Origin: the human T2T-CHM13v2.0 reference genome, Homo sapiens | Strand: one strand, 5' to 3' | Length of the DNA: 64,000 nt | NCBI RefSeq assembly: GCF_009914755.1 | Contig: NC_060925.1 | Shown here: positions 37,566 through 50,520 of the stretch, piece by piece | Numbering within the stretch: the first letter of the stretch is position 1 | How the letters are laid out: the number at the start of each line of letters is the position of its first letter | Program-made: the position numbers and the translations under genes | Notes under the pieces: generated by a model | What the model saw: the letters and a program-made list of their open reading frames with translations, nothing else | What the model was told of the DNA's origin: nothing | Database searches by the model: none

Positions 37566-39238
37566 TCAATAGATACAGTGCTATTTTGATTTTCTATTTG
37601 TTCTTATGCTAGTTTTGATGATTTGTGTCTTTTAAGGAACACGGCCATTCCATCTAAGTGATTGAATATATTGGCAAAAGTTTACTCAGAATATTTTCTT
37701 ATCATTTTAACATCTGCAAGATCAGTAGTGGTGGCCCTCTTTCTCTCCTGATATTGGTAATTTGAGCCTTATCTCTTTCTTTTCTAACCTCGTATTATCA
37801 ATTGTATTGATCTTTTCAAAGATAACCTTTTATTTTATTGAGTTTCTCTATTATTGTCTATGGTACTGATTTCCATTGATTTCTTATTTTTAAATTTACT
37901 TTGGTTTTAATTTGCACTAATTTTTTTTCACTTAAAGATGGAAGCTTAGATCAACTTTCAACATGTCTTCTTTTCTAACAAGCATTCAAAGTCATCAGTT
38001 TCCCTCTAAGCACGTTAAGGGCAGTCCATACATTTTCATATTACGTATTTTCATTATAATTCAGTTAAAATATTTTCTAATTTCTCTCCTGCAATTCCTT
38101 CTTTGACCTTCAGATTACTTAAAAGTGCGTTGTTTAATTTCCAAATATTTAAGAATTTTTCAGATATCATTTTGTGATTGGTTTCTAATTTAATTGTGTT
38201 GTCAGAAAACACACTCTGTGGGATTTCAGTCATTTTAAATGTATGCAGGCATGTTTTATGGCCTAATACGTGGTCTGTCTTGGTGTATATTTCATGTGTA
38301 CTTGAAAAGAATATGAATTCTGGAGTTGTTGGGCACAGCGCTCTATAAATGTCAATTAGGTCAAGTTGGTTGATAGGGTTGGTCAAGTGTTTTATACCCT
38401 TGGTGATTTTGCTATCTAGTGTCCTATCAGTTGTTGAGAGCAAGTGTTGAAACTTTCAACTATACCTGTGGGTCTGGTTTCCTTTCAGCCTGGTCAGTGG
38501 TCATCTGCTCGTGTGTATTTTGAAACTGTTATTATGTGGATATGCACTTAGGACTGTCTTCTTGACCAACTGAATCCTTTATTATTACAAACTGTCCCTT
38601 TTCCCCATGGCAATATTCTTATTCTGAAATCCGCTTTTGTCTAATATCAGCATTGCCATGCATGCTTTCTTGTGACTAATAGTTGCATGCGTATCTCTTA
38701 CTTTCCTTTTACTCTCATCCTATCTGTGTCTTTATATTTGAATCACCCTATCTAATAAGCATCATGTCACTGGGTCTTGCTTTTTATCCAGTCTGACAAT
38801 CTCTATCTTTTAATTGGGGTGTTTAATCCATTCACATTTAATATAATTATTGGTATGGTTAGATATAGGCTACCATCTTGATATTTGTTTTCTATTTGTC
38901 AGATCTGGTTTTCGTCTTTTTTTCTGTTCCTCTGCCCTCCTTTGGATGAGTATTTTCTAGGATTCAATTCTCTCTTCTCCCTGGACTTATTAGCTGTAGC
39001 TCCTCACCTTAATTTTTAGTGTCTGATCTAGAGTTTTCAGTATTTATCTTCATCATTGTCTATCTTTAAGTGATATTATACTCACTGTAAAATATACAAA
39101 CTTTACTCTGGTATATTTCTATTCTCTCCTCCTGCATTTTGAACTTTTACTGTAATATATTTCACTTTTACATATAAATTTGATAATACACTGTCGTTAT
39201 TTTCACATTAGTCTCTGATCTTTTAAAGAACTGTTTTG

Positions 39239-39606
<368 letters not shown>

Positions 39607-40070
39607 CTACTCCTTGTGCAGACCTGAATTTATATCTGGTATCATTTTCCTTTCGCCTGAAAAAATTCCTGTGACATTTCTTATAGTGTGGGTCTACTGG
39701 TGATGAATTTTCTCAGCGTTTGCCTTAACATGTCTTTATTTTCCTTTCATTTTTGAAGGATATTTTCAAGAGAAATGGACATCTTGGTTGACAGTTTTGT
39801 TTTCTTTCAGCACTTTAAAGATGTTGTTGTAGTTCTCTCAGCTTTCAGTGTTTCTGATGACAAGCCAGCAGTTATTTTGGTCTTTATTCCCTTACGATTT
39901 TTCCCTCTGTCACTGGTTTTCAGCCATTTCATTATGAGGTACCTTGGTGTGGTCTGCTTTGTACGTATGCTGCCTTGACATCTTTGTACTTATTCTACTT
40001 CATTTTAAGGTCCTTGATTCTGTGGATCTATGAGTTTTTATTACATCTGAAAAATTTTCAGCCATTCTTC

Positions 40071-40373
40071 CTTTTTTTTTTTTTTTTAATAAGACAGAGT
40101 CTTGGTCTGTCACCCAGGCTGGAGTACAGTGGTTCAATCACAGCTCACTGGAGCCTCGACCTCCCTGGGCTCAAGCAATCCTCCCACCTCAGCCTCCCAA
40201 GTAGCTGGGACTATAGGCATGCACCACCATGCCTGGCTAATTTTTGTACTTTTAGTAGAGACAGGGTTTCACCATGTTGCCCAGGCTTGTCTCGAACTTC
40301 TGGCCTCAAGTGATCCGCCCGCCTCAGTCATGCAAAGTTCTGGGATTACAGGCGTGAGCCACTGTACCCAGCC
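40071..40373 (-). mobile_element. Alu (AluJ-like), antisense
   Basis: poly-T, gacagagtcttggtctgtcacccaggctgg...gggctcaagcaatcctcccacctcagcc. Confidence 0.92.
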
Positions 40374-40716
40374 ATTGCTTTAAACATATGTTCTTCCCTC
40401 CCCACTCCCTCCTTTCTGGTCCTCCAGTTACACATATTGTTAGACTGCCTGATGCCTGATACCGTCTCAAGGTGGGCAAGGCTCGGTTTCTGCCTTTTCC
40501 CTAGGTTTTTCCTCTGCGTGCTTCAGTCTGAGTAACTTGTCCTGGCTTCAAGTTTACTGATTGTTTTCCTCTGTAGTTTCATCTGCTGTTAATCTCATCC
40601 AATAGATTTTTTGTTTCCTACACTGTATATTTTCATCTTTAGGATTTCCATTTGATTCATTATTATACTTTCCATCTCTCCTTTGACTGTGATCATCGTT
40701 TCCTATAAATCCTTGG

Positions 40717-40820
40717 GTGGTGTGTGTGTATATATTATATATATGTGTGTGTGTGTATATGTGTGTCCGTGTGTGTCCGCGTGTGTGTGTGTGTGTGTGT
40801 GTGTATAGAGAGAGAGAGAC
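40717..40820. repeat. Compound (TG)n(TA)n(AG)n microsatellite at Alu tail
   Basis: gtgtgtgtatatattatatatatgtgtgt...gtgtatagagagagagag. Confidence 0.9.
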
Positions 40821-41073
40821 AGGGTCTGGCTCTGTTGCCCAGGCTGGAGGGCAGTGGTGCGAGCTCAGCTCACTGCAGCCTCCAAATCCTGGGCTCAAGT
40901 GATCCTCCCACCCCAGTCTCCTGAGTAGCTCACCTAGCTAATTTTTTGTATTTTTTGTAGAGATGGGGTTTCACCACGTTGCCCAGGCTGGTCTTGAACT
41001 CCTGGACTCAAGCAACTCACCATCTCAGCCTTCCCAAGTGCTGGGATTACAGGCATGCGGCACCATGCCCAGC
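40813..41073 (-). mobile_element. Alu (AluJ-like), antisense, internally deleted
   Basis: gagacagggtctggctctgttgcccaggctgg...gctgggattacaggcatg. Confidence 0.9.
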
Positions 41074-41220
41074 TGATCCTTTGGGGTATTTTTGATTGTT
41101 GTTTTAAATGCCTTCTCTGCGAATCCTGTCATCCGTGTCATTTCTGGGTCTGCTTCTACTGACTGATTTTTTTCCTAGTTATTTGTCACAGGTTCCTGTT
41201 CCTGCTTCTTCACATGTCTA

Positions 41221-41395
41221 GTAATTTTGCATTGGGTGCTGGAGGTCGTAAATGTGTAATTTTGCATTGGGTGCTGGAGGTCGTAAATGTGTAATTTTGC
41301 ATTGGGTGCTGGAGGTCGTAAATGTGTAATTTTGCATTGGGTGCTGGAGGTTGTAAATGTGTAATTTTGCATTGGGTGCTGGAGGTCGTAAATGT
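41221..41395. repeat. 35-bp VNTR, 5 copies
   Basis: gtaattttgcattgggtgctggaggtcgtaaatgt x5, one substitution. Confidence 0.97.
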
Positions 41396-42549
41396 CAAAT
41401 TGTTTGAGTTTCTGGATTTTACTGGCCTTCTTTTCAAGCATGTTGAGTGTTATGCTGATGCACAGTTAACGTACTTGTGGATCAGCCTGGTCCTCTCAGG
41501 ACTTGCTTTGAACTTCTGTTAGGTCATGTCTAGAGGAGCTGTCACCCTAGGATTACTTCAGCCCTTCACCTAGGACATGGCCTTCTTTGGTATCTACTGA
41601 ATATTCTGGGTGGTCAGGATTTTTTCCCTCTGTCCCTGGTTTTCAGCCATTTCATTATGAGGTACTGTGGTGGGGTCTGCTTTGTACGTATGCTGCTTTG
41701 ACTTCTTTGGACTTATTCTCCATTGCTTTGAGGTTCTTGGATCTGTGGATCTACAAGTTTTTATCACATTTGGAAATTTTTCAGACATTCTTTTTTTGAG
41801 ACAGAGTCTTGGTACAGTGGCTGGAGTACACTGGCTCGATCATAGCTCACTGGAGACTCGTCCTCCCCAGGCTCAAGCGATCCTCCCACCTCAGACTCCC
41901 AAGCGGCTGAGGTCAACGAGGGATAGTCAGCGACGGTGCTTCCTTCCTGGTGGCTGACGTTCCAGCGTCCCCTGGCCTGGTGTGAACTCTGGTGTCACTC
42001 TGCTCACAGAGCTCCCTGGTCGCTGTTGGTCCCTGGCTTCATGGGATCTTACTCTGCTTATGCACAGTTCAGTATTCAGCCAAAGGCTCAAGTGGACCCC
42101 TGTGGGGATTTTGGGGGCTCCACTACGTCGCTGCCTTCTCTCCAGGACTCTTTCGGGGCTCCCCTGCACTGCTGCCTTCTCTCCAGGACTCTCTCCATAG
42201 TCCTTGGCCTCCTTGGCTCCCCAACTCTGTCCCCTGTAGCCCAGTGAGGCCACCAGCCTCTCTTGGCCAAAGGCTTATTTACCTCTTTCTCCAGGAATTT
42301 CTGTCTCTGCACCTGTTGTCCAGTGTTAGAAAAAGTTGTTTCTCGTATTTTTTGTTCCATGTTTGAGTTGTTTGTGGTGACAGACAAGTCTGGTACCGAC
42401 TACTTCGTCATGGCCAAAACACCTGACATGTTTTAAATTCTCAATTTGGGGAAGATACATGGGGTTGCTTTTATATATTTTTATATAAAAATATAAATAC
42501 TATATGCATGTCTTTGTAAACCAGAAATGGTCCCTAATGATGACTAGGG

Positions 42550-42750
42550 ATCCTGGGCTTTGGCGTCAGACAGACCTGGGCTCTAACTGTGGCTGGGCCA
42601 CTTACCAGCCAGGTAACAAGGGGCAAAACATTTCTCCTCTCAGTTAAGCGGGGGGCATCTGAGGGGCTTTCTGTAAGAATTCACTAAGATGACGCGTGCA
42701 AGGCCCCCAGCATGAGGCTGGCACATAGTAGGTGCTTAATGGGAAGTAAT
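42550..42750 (+). mobile_element. MIR SINE
   Basis: ggctttggcgtcagacagacctggg...ccacttaccagc...ggcacatagtaggtgcttaat. Confidence 0.75.
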
Positions 42751-45099
42751 GACCTGCTATTTTAGGGTACAAGGAGGAGGGGCATTTGCTCCTCAAACCC
42801 AACCTTCTTCCCACCAGCCCGGCCCCCCCAGCCATGGGCCTCCACCCACCCAGCAGAGGCGTCTCTGTCCTCCATCCCACTCACAGCCGCGCCCTTGGGG
42901 CCCTTTCCCAGCTGCCTACGGGCTGGAGAGGACACCCATGGAACTGCAGTGGGTAACAGGGCAGCCCAGCGTTGAGGGCCTGAGAACTGAGGGCTGTCAT
43001 GGCCTTCCCTCCACCCCGTGTGCTCCTTAGGGCCCCAGGGAGGGAGGGGAGCAGGTGGGAGCACCGCCCACTCGGCCTGGCAGGGAGGACAAACCTGCCC
43101 AGCAGCCTCAGCTCACCCTCAGCCCTGGACACCTACCCTGGAAGGTCGAGCCAAAAGGCCTCCCGAGGGGCTGCTGGCCTCAGGTACCACCTAAGGCTAC
43201 GGGCTGTCTGTGCTGTGGCCCCAGTGGCTGAGTAAAAGCTTGGAAAACTCAAAGCAAGGCCCGCAGGAGCTCAGGCCACCTCAAGCCGCAGGAAAGGAGC
43301 TCTGCTCCCGCAGATAGAGGTGTGCTTTCTGGCTGGCACACTGGTGCTCGGCCAGAGCGCTGCCCACCCTACAGCAATGCACAGTGGCTGTTAAGCTTGG
43401 GGGATCCACATCTTCTCCCCTGCCAGTAATGTGGGAGGGGAAGGCCCCCAGGGCAGGCTGAGCCACAGGCTCGGGATCCCACCACAGAGGTGCAGGAAGT
43501 GCCACGGGCCGACCCCACTGGCAGGCCTCCCACTGGCAGGCCTCCCCGGAGTCTCTCTCTCCTTGCGAGCCCCTTAGGTCTCCAAGCTGGTTCCTTCCAA
43601 CCTCTCCCTTAGGCCTCATGCCAGGGCGATCTCCTGCGCCAGCATCAGGCCCTCATTTACAGCAGAGGTGACAGAGGCACAGAGAGGTCCTGACGCCAGC
43701 TCAGGTGACATCCCCAGCAAAGGGACCATCCCAAGCACACGCTGAGTGGCCTCTGGAAGCCAGCAGGACATGGGGAGACGAAGCCAGACCCAGGGTGGCT
43801 GAACGGGCCCAGCAGGGGCTGGACAGAAGGTGTGGGGTTGGGGGTAACTTGGAGGCAGCTACTGAAAGAGGGTTTTACAGGAAAGCACTCAGTGGGAATC
43901 AGGAACCTGGGTCCTGCTGACTGGCCTGGGGCAAGGCTTCTGTCCCCTCACTGGGCCTCAGTGACCCCACCGCACCTCAGTCCCCTCACGGGTCAAGGCT
44001 CCGGGACACCCCAGCTCCCTCCGGCGGGCCGGGCCTCGTCGGTGCAGTACCCATCATGGACTCAGGAGGGCAGCAGCCACCTGCCTTTCCCAAGAGCTGC
44101 CTGGAAGTGGAACCTCCCCACAGGCGGCTCCAGGTGGAGGCTGCAGCCCACAGGGGTCAACTCTTAGCTCCTCCCTCATCCACCCTCCCTCCCAGGGGAT
44201 GGATGGCCCACGGGACCCATCCCTGAGGCCAGCCTGTGCCCTGCCCAGATGGCACCTGACACCCAGGCAGCCCCAGCCACAGGGCAGACATTGGGGGACT
44301 AGTGGGTGGGGCGACCAGAGCAGGAGGGGCAGGGCAGGCCGCCCCTCTACCTATGACACCTGAGAAAATGCCAAGTGACAGCCCCAGAGCCTGTGGTGTC
44401 TCCTCAACCCGCAACGGGATCTCACGGCCGCCCAGGCCAGGGAGGCAGGTCCTGGGAGGAGGGTGGTCAGTGCCTCTGGCTGGCACACCGGTGCCCGGCC
44501 CACGACCCCAAGGCCTGGGGTCAGTGAGGGGACGCTGGTAGAAGCTGACCCAAAGCCCAGTGTGGATGTTCACATGGAGGCCTTTGGCAACAGGCCTTTC
44601 CTGAAAAGGGGATGATGGAGGCAGGTCAGAAGTGGGTCTGAGCCCTGGGACCTCAGGTCACATTCCTGAATGGCCAGGCCCAAGCTTGGGAGGCTTGGCT
44701 CAGCCCCCAGCCCCTCCCACAGCACCAGGTGGCCTGATTCCTGAACCCCCAGCTGGGGGGCTGCTGCAGCCTCTGCCCGGGGCCCTCCCTCACTTTCACA
44801 CGGGTTCCCAGCAGGCGGAGCAAGGAAAGGCCAGGCTCGGAGTCCAGGCTCAGCCTTGTGCACGAGGGCGAGCGCCTTCCTTTCCAGGACTCGGTCCTTC
44901 TCTGTGAAATGGGGATGACCGCGACTCAACCACACCAAAAAGGTGGCCAGAGTGCTTTGCGCCCTCTTGGCTGTCTTTGGCCGCCTGGCTTCCAAGAATC
45001 CAGAGGGCCGGGCCTTTCTACAGCAAACATCGGTCCCCGCAGGGCTGGTCTCCTTCCCCGAAGGCTTCCTGGAGGAGGCAGTGGAGCGGGGCCTGGAAG

Positions 45100-45900
45100 G
45101 ACAGTGACGCAGGAGGGAGCCGAGCCGCTCTGGCCCCACGCCTGGCAGGCGACTCCCGGGCCGGCCTCGAGGGGGCGTGGGCGCGGGGAGGGAAGGCGCA
45201 GGCACCGGGCGGCGGCGGCTCGGCGGGAATCGAGAGGCGCGATCCAGTCCGGGCGATCACGTGGGCTCCAGCCGGCCCAGGTGGGGCTGTGACCTGTGAC
45301 GCAGGCGGCGCCGCCACAGGTGCCCGGGACGCGCCCCGCCCCCTCCCCGGCCCTCCCCGCCCGGGCCCTCGGACCCGGAGCAGCCCCGCCCGCCCAGCGC
45401 CCACCTGCGGGGCCGCAGCCGCCGCCCTCCAGCCAGACCGCGCAGGAAGCGGAGGAGGCGCCCCGGGCCGGACCGCGCTGCCGCAGGAGCGAAGCGGCTG
45501 CAGGACAGGACAGGACCCGGCGCTGGAAGCTGCACCGCCAGCGCGCCGCCCCTCCGTCCCTCCGCCCCGCGGCGCAGGTGAGCCTGGGGGACAGGTGAGC
45601 CGGGGGACAGGTGAGTCGGGGCTCGGGGGAGCCGGGTGGGGGGATTAGCCCGGGGGAGGCGCCGGGAACCCGGGGCGCTTCTCCTCCCCCTCGCTTTTCC
45701 CGCAAGCCCCGCCCCGGCAGCCGCAACAACTTCGCGACCCTCCTGGGGCTCCGCCGGGGCGGGAGAGGCGGGGCTCGCGGGCTGAGCCGGATGCGACTTT
45801 GGACCCGCCCCCCCACACACACCAGGCAGCCCCCTGCTTGCCCCCGCCCGCTCGCTCGCTGCCCTCTCTTGACCCCGAGTGGCCGCTTCCTCTTCCTAAA
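45100..45900. promoter_or_regulatory. ARHGEF16: CpG island / promoter of ARHGEF16
   Basis: Very high GC and CpG density, multiple GC boxes (ccccgccc), CACGTG 45258-45263, first-exon donor at 45578. Confidence 0.9.
45440..45577 (+). other. ARHGEF16: ARHGEF16 non-coding exon 1 (start approximate)
   Basis: ATG-less GC-rich segment ending in GCAG|gtgagc inside the CpG island. Confidence 0.7.
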
Positions 45901-46529
45901 GGAAAACTTCCATGCAACCGGAACCTGGGTTCAGACTTGAGCGCCGAGGACTCTGGAAGCCCCAGGGAGTTTGAAAGAGCATGGGGTGGGGGGCGGAACA
46001 GAACGACCCTCCCGGGAGCTCTTTGGGGAATCTGACACCCAAACCTGCTTTGGCCCCAAAATTTCAGAAAAGCCCCGAGAAGGAAGAACCCCACACCCAA
46101 GACAAACCCAAACCATACGCCCCTCCCCCACCCTTGACCTTGGTGGGCGGTGGCAGGGAGGGACCTGCTTTGTCTCCCCTGAGAAGGGAGATGGGGAGGG
46201 GGAGGGGTGCGTCCCACCTACCAGGGAGCCGTGGCCGCTTGTCTTGGCCGCTCAGCCTCTTTCTGCGTCTGTGAAATGGGAACAGTATCCCTTTTGAGAT
46301 TTGAGCAGGTGGGGGGACTGAGGGAGTGGCAGCGATGGCAGGTCTTGGTGACCTCTGCTTCTGACCTGAATCAAGGCCTGAATCTTCTCTGTGTCCTTGA
46401 GGGGAACAGTCTGTGCACCACCTAACATGGGGGCCTAGGGGGTGCGTGTGGGCCTGGCTGGGGGTCCAGCAAGAGGGTCCAGGTGCTGTGCCTGGCTGCA
46501 GGTCCTGACCCCTCCGTGGCATAGTTCCC

Positions 46530-47060
46530 AGGTGTGTGGGTTTCAGGCTCACATCCTGGCTCTTTGTGAACTAAGCAGCTCTTGGGGCCTCGGTTTCCTC
46601 ATCCGTAAAATGGGACTAGTAGGAGTGTTGAGTTAGAAGATGTTGACCCACAAGTGTGCCAGGCAGACGTGGACCCTGCTGTGCGATGCCCACAGCCAGC
46701 AGAGGGGAACAGGGTGAGATGAAAGGTACTGTCCAGAGCAGGAGCCATGGGCTGAAGGTAGGCACTCCTCACCCACCCCAGTCTTGCTGGAAGGGAGGTG
46801 TCTTGGGGGCTTCCTGGAAGAAGTAAGTCACCTGGACCAAAGTCACCTGGAGGGTGGGATGGGCCCTCCCTCCACCTGGACACTGGGGAGAAACCCTTGT
46901 TGGGGGGCCTCCCTGAGGTCGCTGGCTCTTCGGGGGCCATCTCTGACCCACAGGACCACCCTATGTGGGAAGCACTTTCCACCTACACATGAGGAAACTG
47001 AGGCACAGAGGTGAAGCAGTGAGAAGCGGCGTGCCAGGGTCCCCACAGCTCACATGTGAC
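46530..47060. mobile_element. Two MIR fragments (46530-46670, 46950-47060)
   Basis: gcctcggtttcctcatccgtaaaatggg; catgaggaaactgaggcacagaggtgaag. Confidence 0.6.
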
Positions 47061-47789
47061 GCGCAGGTCCCCATCCTGAGGATGGCCATCTGTGTTCACG
47101 TTGTGATCCAGGCGCAGGCGCTCCCCGCGAGTTTGGGTCTGAGTTTTAGTTTTGGTTTCCAGATGGATCTGGGCTGCTCCTGTCCTTAGCACAGGGGACC
47201 ATCCGTCTGGAGCAGCGTCCTTATTTCTAGTGACTCCCTGGCTGAGGCCAGAACCCCCACTCCCCCCGGTCCCCATTTGGGGACAGCCATCCAGGTCAGG
47301 ACAGGGCCTGGCCAGCAGTCCCACCCCCGCAGGCCACATTCCCTCTGCACCTGGTTTCCTTACCTGCCCGGGAAAATACCCACCTTCCAGAAGTTTGGGG
47401 AGGGGCAGAAGACAGTGGATGACAGGGCATTCAGAGGGCACTGTCTGTGTGTCTGTCCTACAGCGGGTGAACGGGTGGCAGGAGACCTGTCACCCACACG
47501 GGCACCTGTCAGAGGCAGGCTCTGATTCCCACCCTTTGGGGGAACCCCGTGAGTGGCAGCAGAGCCAGGGACAGCAGCTGGGTTTATGGGATGTCTCATT
47601 CAGAGCCGGAGCTGGGGAGTGACTGGAATGCACTTTGGGCTGAACCAGCTATGTCCAGGTGGGAGGGCCAGGTGCACTTCCCCGCCCCCACCGCGCAGGG
47701 TGGCTCTCTGCTTAGCTGCCTAGGATTTCCCTACCGCAGCCCTAGGGACCTTGATCCAGATAACAGGTCTCTCCAGCAGCCTTGCCAAC

Positions 47790-47870
47790 CAGTAGCCAGG
47801 ACTCCTGACTACCAGCAGTGTCCCCAGACGTTGGCAAATGTGCCCTGGGGGCCAAAACTGCCCCAGTGAA
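47790..47870 (+). mobile_element. MER20-like DNA transposon fragment
   Basis: tgtccccagacgttggcaaatgtgccctgggggccaaaactgcccca resembles the MER20 3' end. Confidence 0.5.
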
Positions 47871-49399
47871 GGCCGCAGAGCCAAATCCCTGGCCACCTTG
47901 CAAACGGAGCTGGCTGATGTGTGCTGCATGATTTGCAAAAGCAAGTCCTCCCCCCGATTATGTGACTGAGTCCGAAGTTTGACGGGCAGAATTACCGGAG
48001 TACAAGGGCATCATTGTAGCTTGAGTTTGCCTTCACTGAGGTTGGATGGACAGGTGCTAGAGAGGCCGCGCCCCACTGGGCCGAGTGGGGTCAGCCGGAC
48101 CTAGAGGCCAGGGTAGGAGGGACAGAAATGCCTGAGGGTGGGACCACATGAAGCTGGAGGCCTGTGCAACATCCTAACCGGAGGGGCAGCAAACTTGGGG
48201 CAATTGGGTCCTGGTGGCCGTGACAGCAGCTGTGCCCAGAGCCCAAGGCGCTGGCTGGGAGATTGTACTGCTATGGGGATGCTGGAGGCACGGGGCTGGC
48301 GCCCACTAGACTCACTAGAAGCCCATCTCTCCGGAAGGATAAGGGGGCAGGAGGGCGGGGCTACAGAGCGGCCCACCCAACCAACACTGGGTCCGAGATC
48401 CAGCAGATCAGCCAAGGCCAAGTACGGACAGGAACGGACAGGCTGGGCAGGGGGCCCTGAGACTGGCCAGCGACCACAGATTCCACCTGCTTGGACCGGC
48501 CAGGCGGGGGCCCCTGAGACTGCCCAGAGACCATGGATTCCGCCTGCTCGCCTCTGCTGCATGCCTCCTCCTGGCAAGTCCCTCAAGCCCCATAACTATA
48601 TGTGTTGGGGATACCAGGTGGGGTATTTAGTGGTAAAGAGAAAAGAGAGAGTTCTGGGCCCCAGGGCTCAGCCATGGGAGGTCCTTTCCAGCCCACCCTG
48701 AGGAGAAGCAGCAGGAAGTCGCCCAAAAAGTGGCACAGATGGGCCCAGAACCTCTATGGGGCTGCCCTGGCCCAGCCTCTGCTCATTTTGAGCCAAGTCC
48801 CCTTGCAAGTTGGTTCTTGGCACGGAACACCAGGGCCTCTCTGGGAAGACACAGAATCAAGGTACTAGGAGACCAGGGCAGAGCACGTGCCGAGGCAGGC
48901 ATTTGCTCTTCAGTGTGGAATCTGAGCCCGACTGTGGGGACACGAACAGGAAACTGTCCCTGCCCCGCAAGGGCTCACAGACATGGGGAGACAGGACAGC
49001 CAGCCAGCCAGCCTGCGGCTCCCTCTGCCCTGTGCATGCCCTGTGCTAAGCCCCCACTCAGCAAGTCAGGGCTGCCTTTGCTGGGGAGCAGATCTGCCAC
49101 TGGCCCACGTGGCTGCTGCAGGAAATCTGACCTCTCTCTGTGGCACTGCAGCCGGGACAGCATGGCCAGCTGCTGAAAGGAGTCTGCCCTCTCAGCCCCT
49201 CCCCTTCACTGGCTCCACCAGGAGCCGACCAGCATCTCAGTGAGGAAATGGAAAGAGGCCACTGTAGAAACCAGCCGGCCTGCAGGACAGGCTTCAGGAT
49301 ATGGACCTGGCATGGGGCTGGGGGTCCCATTGGGCCCTCCCGGTCAGACACCTGTGCTCAGGGTGTGTGCACTTGGACCTCCCGCCATCATAAGGCCTG

Positions 49400-50520
49400 T
49401 CTCCTCAATAGAAGCAGAAACAATCAACCACCAGCAGCAGATGTTTGAGGAAAGCCCTGTGCCTGAGAGACAGAGGCCAGCAGAGGCGGAGACAGGAGGA
49501 AGTATGTGGCAGGGGCGCAGCTCCAGCAGCCAGCGACAGAAAGAAAGAAACTCGCTCCAAAGAAAATGTAATCCTTCCTCTCTAAGACAATAGAAGATGT
49601 TACACCCATAAAGCAAGAGCAGGATGCCAGGAATGAAGAGCAGAGGGCTCTTTGAGGATAATGAAAATGATAAGACCAGGGGCCAATAAGAAGTCCAAGT
49701 AGAGAAAACCTCACACAGAGAACAAAGTAGGGGAGGAAAGGTAAGGAATTAGGAGAAAACACCAGAGCTTAATACTCATTAGTGGGTATTCCAAAAAGAG
49801 AAAACAGAGTGGAAGAAATAATATGAAAATCTGCGCAGCCCTAGACAAGAGTGACCGCCTGGCAGGGTTCCACCCAGTGCCTGGCTCAGTGGACTAACAT
49901 GGACCCTACGGGGGCACATCAGCACGACAATCAGAGCTCCCAGGCTGGCTCAGTGAACGAACACGGACCCTACCGAGGCACATCAGCAAGACAGCCAGAG
50001 CTCCCAGGCTCCAGCAGGTGCGCCAGACCCTCAGTGGGGCCAGGGAGAACCACACACCGGTTGTGATCCGAGAAAGAGATCGGGACATTGGGGCCCTTCC
50101 CCAGCAACTCTGACAACAAGGGAAGGGCGCTGCCCGACTCTGGGAGAAAACCATCTACAGTGGGAATGCTCATCTCCTCACCAGTCAGGGGAGAGGAAGA
50201 AACAAGACATTTTCAGGCAGTCCAAAAGATGGCTCCCATGTGGCTTCCTGGGACAGTGCCTGGGGATGTCCTTCAGGGCAATGAGGGCCGGGAGCAGGTG
50301 AGAGGGGCCCCGGAAGCAGCAGAGGAGGTCCTGGGATCCGCCCAGGGTGAGGCCCAGAGCACTGGGCCCTCTGGAGAGGGAGGACGGGGGGTGTCTGGGA
50401 AAAACACTGAGCTGGCCTGCCAGACATATAGAATATATTCTCAAGAAGCACATGGCAGAGACGCCAGAACACTCAGGGAAAAATTAACTGGGGAAACCAG
50501 GCTGGTCAAATGAGAGAAAA
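49400..50520 (+). mobile_element. Ancient L1 (ORF1-region) remnant, sense
   Basis: A/G-rich stretch (tattccaaaaagagaaaacagag...gaagaaataata...; tctgggagaaaa...tttcaggcag) contrasting with GC-rich flanks. Confidence 0.45.

Noticed and set aside
38054-38443. Active retrotransposon or domesticated endonuclease
   Set aside because: Short fragment of an old L1 ORF2 bounded by stops and interrupted by Alus
45498-45500. In-frame upstream CTG giving an N-terminally extended ARHGEF16
   Set aside because: In frame via the first donor, but poor initiation context (C at -3 and +4) and no other support
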